Below the pieces are notes generated by a model. It was not told the origin of the DNA. It worked only from the letters and a program-made list of their open reading frames with translations, and ran no database searches. A stretch of 38,141 nucleotides of DNA, taken from Bacillota bacterium. Lineage in GTDB: Bacteria; Bacillota; Clostridia; Christensenellales; CAG-138. Position 1 is the stretch's first letter; each line of letters opens with the position of its first letter. The stretch is taken from contig JAEEYN010000222.1 of the NCBI GenBank assembly GCA_016288175.1, positions 1-38,141 on the forward strand, read 5' to 3'. A program made the position numbers and the translations under genes. This document shows positions 34,755 to 38,141 of this stretch, in pieces.

Positions 34755-35672
34755 CTATTCGATGATTTTGACCTCTGGTTCAAGCAGCACGCCGAATTTT
34801 TCATAAACGTCGGCGCGAACGAAGCAGATAAGCGCCGCAACGTCATTAAAGCTCGCGCCGCCGCAGTTGACGATGAATCCCGCGTGCTTCGGGCTCACCA
34901 TCGCACCGCCGATGCGTTTCCCCTTCAGTCCCGCCTGCTCGATGAGCGCACCGGCAAAGTTTCCGACAGGGCGCTTGAAAGTGCTTCCTGCGGAAGGAAA
35001 TTCAAGGGGCTGTTTGTCCCTCCGGCGGGCGGTATAATCGTCCATCCTCGCTTTGGCTCCGCCGTCGTCCTCCTTGAGCTCCATAACGGCACGCACGATG
35101 ACGGCATTGGGGTATGCAAAGGCCGAATAACGGTAGCCGAGGTCGCCATCCGCAACTTTTCTTGTAATTAGTTCGCCGTCGCGGATGAATGAAACTTCCC
35201 TCAGGACCTGCGAAAGCTCTCCGCCATATGCGCCTGCGTTCATCGCAGCGCCGCCGCCGACGGTCCCGGGTATGCCGGACGCCCATTCAAGGCCCATAAG
35301 CCCGGCAGCGACGCTCGCTTTCGAAACAACGCTCAAAAGCGCGCCTGCCTCCGCCGTCAGGATACTGCCGTCGAATCCGAACGAAGACATATTGCTGCCG
35401 ATGCGGATAAACAGCGCGTTGACGCCTTTATCCGAAACGAGCAGATTGCTGCCGTTGCCGATAACGTAAACGGGCAGACGGCTTTCCTTAGCGGCTTCGA
35501 GCAGCTCCGCCGCTTCCTTCCAGGAGGAGGGCTCGGCGAAATAGGCCATCGGTCCGCCGACGCGGAAGCTTGTATAATCCCGCGCCGGAACACCGGTGCG
35601 GACGTTTAAAGCAGAAAAAACTTCGGATGTGTTTTCGTTGATCATCATAGAGTATTTGACTCCCGATCGCAT
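34755..35672 (-). CDS. murB: UDP-N-acetylenolpyruvoylglucosamine reductase
   Basis: FAD-binding FRVGGP and GNGSNLL motifs, and the C-terminal SAGSTFKRP...GGAMVSPKHAGFIVN domain. The start may be the internal ATG at 35648. Confidence 0.9.
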   Translation of the reverse strand: MRSGVKYSMMINENTSEVFSALNVRTGVPARDYTSFRVGGPMAYFAEPSSWKEAAELLEAAKESRLPVYVIGNGSNLLVSDKGVNALFIRIGSNMSSFGFDGSILTAEAGALLSVVSKASVAAGLMGLEWASGIPGTVGGGAAMNAGAYGGELSQVLREVSFIRDGELITRKVADGDLGYRYSAFAYPNAVIVRAVMELKEDDGGAKARMDDYTARRRDKQPLEFPSAGSTFKRPVGNFAGALIEQAGLKGKRIGGAMVSPKHAGFIVNCGGASFNDVAALICFVRADVYEKFGVLLEPEVKIIE

Positions 35673-35758
35673 TCTTATTCATTATTATCATACCATGAAA
35701 ACAGTTGAAAGTAAACCGCAAATCGTTTTTTCCGTCGATTTTTCCCGCAGGAAAATGC

Positions 35759-36670
35759 TTATTCGCTCCCCTGTCTTTTCCCGCCGAAAGCGCTGCCGAC
35801 AGCCCCGCTTCCGCCCGCGCGGATCAGCTCAAAAGCCTCACCGAGGAAGCTTTGCTCATACCGAAGTTCGATTTCCGGATTCATCGGCATCAGGCCGAGC
35901 TCAACAAGTTCGCTCTGAGCATCCGGCGAGGTCAATTGTCCGATAAACTCACGGCAATAGCTCAGCTTTTCTTCATCCGCGGAAGCCGAGATCCCTATGA
36001 ACTGAACAAGATCCGTTTGTGCTTCAAAGGGCAGCGCTTCGAAAAAACGCATCTTTCCGGCGGAAAGCAGGCGCGAAAAGTCGCCGACAGCCCGCGCATC
36101 CGCAATACAGCAGTCCGCTTTCCCGCGTCGAAACGCGTCAATGCTGTTTTTCGTTGCGTCCCCGCGCGCTTCTTTTGCTTCCTCCTCCGTCAGCTTTGCC
36201 GGATCGAAAACCAGCAGCCGGCACGATGCGGCGTACGGGACTGCCAGAATCGAATCTTCGAACGTTCCCGCTTCCGTCGGAACGCTGAACCCTTCCCCTG
36301 CTTCACGCAATGCTGAAGCCGGAAGGAATCCCGCCGGAAAGCTAATGATATCCGGCATCGCACCGTTCGCAAGGCGTTCCGCCGCTTTCGCTTCATCGAG
36401 GATCTCAACGTTGAAGTACACTTCATAGTGCTTTTTTTCGAGTTTTGACGCGTATTTTTTCAGCCAGCTGCCCAGACTTCCGAGATAAGGGCGAACGCCG
36501 GCAACGTGCAAAATGCTTATCACTCCGCGGAACGGTTCTTCCTTCGGTCTCAGCCAATCGAGCCAGCCTTCACGGTCCATGAGCCGGAAAATATGTTTCG
36601 GAAGGAACACAAGGAGCAGCAGCACGGCCGCAAGCAGCAAGACGGCAATGGTTTTTTGGATCTTATTCAT
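35759..36670 (-). CDS. Membrane-anchored hypothetical protein, periplasmic-binding-protein-like
   Basis: N-terminal anchor KTIAVLLLAAVLLLLVFL. I preferred the start at 36670 because the longer ORF would run into the upstream terminator-like hairpin. Confidence 0.5.
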   Translation of the reverse strand: MNKIQKTIAVLLLAAVLLLLVFLPKHIFRLMDREGWLDWLRPKEEPFRGVISILHVAGVRPYLGSLGSWLKKYASKLEKKHYEVYFNVEILDEAKAAERLANGAMPDIISFPAGFLPASALREAGEGFSVPTEAGTFEDSILAVPYAASCRLLVFDPAKLTEEEAKEARGDATKNSIDAFRRGKADCCIADARAVGDFSRLLSAGKMRFFEALPFEAQTDLVQFIGISASADEEKLSYCREFIGQLTSPDAQSELVELGLMPMNPEIELRYEQSFLGEAFELIRAGGSGAVGSAFGGKRQGSE

Positions 36671-36770
36671 ACAAAAACTGTATGCTTCCGTCCCCGCGCC
36701 GTATTCAGAAGAGGGCAAAACAAAAGACCGCGCCTAAAATAGCACGGTCAAATCCATTGTTCGGTTTAGG

Positions 36771-38141
36771 TTATTCCGCCCTGAAAGCCCTTTTTCCTCC
36801 GAGATATGTTTCAAGCACGCGAACTGAACGGAGCTCGTTTTCCGGTGTTTCAAAAGGATCCTTATCCAATACTACGAAATCCGCAAGGAAACCGGGAGCG
36901 ATCCTGCCCTTTATGTTCTCCTCAAAGCTCGCTCGCGCACCGCCCTGCGTGAAGCTGTCCAGCGCTTCGCGAACGGAAAAAGCCTGATCCGGAAGGAATG
37001 GACCCGTGCCGTCCGTTGAACGGCGGGTCACCGCGCATTCGATGCCCTTCATCACGTCCGGAAGCTCCACCGGGCAGTCCGAACCGTTGGAAACGGTCAC
37101 TCCGCGATCGAGCAGAGTCTTCCAGTTATAGCTCGTCCGTGCGAGCTCCGGCGCAACGAGTTTTTCGACGATATGGTTATCGTAATCGATGAAGATCGAC
37201 TGGGCGTAGACATGCAGTCCGAGCCTTGCGATGCGTTCGAGCTGATCCGCTCTGCTCACCTGGCAATGCACAACACCGTGGCGATGATCCTCCCTCGGGT
37301 GGATCTCAAGCGCCGCCTCGATCGCGTCAAGCACACGGTCAAGACAGGCGTCGCCGATCGCGTGGATTGCTACCTGCATGCCGTATTCGTTTGCAAGAGC
37401 AACCATTTTTTTCATATGTTCCGCCGAAAACAGCGAAAAGCCGCGGTTTTCGGGATCGTCCCTGTAAGGTATCGAAAGGTGCGCCGTTCTGGAGCCGAGA
37501 GCCCCGTCGCCGAGCATCTTAAGCGGCCCGATGCGGAACATTTCGTCCCCCTTTCCGGTGATGTTTCCGGCGTCGATGAAGGCGCGAAGCTCCTCTTCGG
37601 TCGTGAAATTGCACTGCTCGTTGACGCGGACGGTCAGCTCCCCCGCTTCTGCGAGCTCGCGGTAGGCTTCGTTGAAAATTTCCGGCGGGATCTCGCGGAA
37701 AACGCAGTAATCGTCGGTCTGGCTCGAAGTGACGCCGTATCTGTTGAGCTCCGCGCAGGCAAGGCGGATCATGTTCTTCAGCCCATCCTTATCCGGCAGC
37801 GGCATTCTGCCGAGAAGCAGGTCCATCGCGTTGTCGAAAAGCCTGCCGTCCGGCTCGCCGTCACGCATTCCGATGCTGCCGCCGGCCGGCGAAGGCGTTT
37901 CTCCGCCTATGCCGGCAAGCTCGAGTGCCTTTGAATTGGCAACGCAGCAATGGCCGCATGCGCGGGTGATTACGATCGGTATCTCCGCTGAGACCGCGTC
38001 GAGGTCGAAACGGTTGGGCATCCGCTTAACATCCGAAAAATAATCCTGATTCCAGCCGCGGCCGGTGAGCCACTGCCCCGCTTTCGGAGGATGCTCCGCA
38101 AGGTGCGCCTTCATGCAGGCGATAACTTCCGCAAGGCTTCC
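36771..38141 (-). CDS. Amidohydrolase (Amidohydro_3 / YtcJ-like metal-dependent hydrolase), N-terminus outside window
   Basis: HAIGDACLD, HRHGVVHCQ and SNGSDCPVE metal-ligand blocks. The reading frame stays open to the window edge. Confidence 0.8.
   Translation of the reverse strand, partial: GSLAEVIACMKAHLAEHPPKAGQWLTGRGWNQDYFSDVKRMPNRFDLDAVSAEIPIVITRACGHCCVANSKALELAGIGGETPSPAGGSIGMRDGEPDGRLFDNAMDLLLGRMPLPDKDGLKNMIRLACAELNRYGVTSSQTDDYCVFREIPPEIFNEAYRELAEAGELTVRVNEQCNFTTEEELRAFIDAGNITGKGDEMFRIGPLKMLGDGALGSRTAHLSIPYRDDPENRGFSLFSAEHMKKMVALANEYGMQVAIHAIGDACLDRVLDAIEAALEIHPREDHRHGVVHCQVSRADQLERIARLGLHVYAQSIFIDYDNHIVEKLVAPELARTSYNWKTLLDRGVTVSNGSDCPVELPDVMKGIECAVTRRSTDGTGPFLPDQAFSVREALDSFTQGGARASFEENIKGRIAPGFLADFVVLDKDPFETPENELRSVRVLETYLGGKRAFRAE

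Noticed and set aside
36724-36750. Hairpin GACCG-N14-CGGTC plus a U-rich tract as the terminator after the amidohydrolase gene
   Set aside because: The stem is only 5 bp with a large loop, which is too weak to annotate. I used it only as soft support for the shorter start of the downstream gene.
1-38141. Known defence systems, prophage, IS elements, integrons
   Set aside because: I recognised no transposase, integrase, recombinase, restriction-modification, Cas, TIR, STAND or reverse-transcriptase motif in any of the six-frame ORFs.

Overview
High-GC Gram-positive (Clostridia-like) chromosomal window, probably from a dockerin-using Oscillospiraceae/Ruminococcaceae-type organism; that taxonomy is inferred from gene content only. 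It falls into three blocks. (1) 1-13.9 kb is a cell-surface block. It holds a heterodimeric ABC exporter, an EamA transporter and a 1375-aa S8 protease with a C-terminal dockerin. These are followed by a translationally coupled pair of membrane kinase-like paralogs with RCC1-like propeller ectodomains, one a clear pseudokinase and one atypical, and then a decaying LRR-dockerin gene. (2) 14-27.9 kb is an accessory block. It starts with a tight GNAT-SRAP-DNPH1-like-SDR operon. Next come a membrane-anchored MerR plus a C_GCAxxG_C_C protein, and a canonical Hanks kinase co-transcribed with a 428-aa orphan. It ends with a YgjV-like/sORF/DUF362 cluster and a compositionally mosaic, AT-richer islet. 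The islet carries an N-acyl synthase-like GNAT, two half-length GNAT fragments around an orphan cassette, and a double NUDIX. (3) 27.9-38.1 kb is a housekeeping minus-strand operon (murB-rapZ-whiA-dnaE-rlmD), a PBP-like orphan and a truncated amidohydrolase. I saw no CRISPR, tRNA/rRNA, transposase or integrase. The best candidates for undescribed biology are the pseudokinase/kinase propeller receptor pair flanked by dockerin proteins and the SRAP + DNPH1-like operon. All domain calls come from motif recognition by eye. No searches were run.
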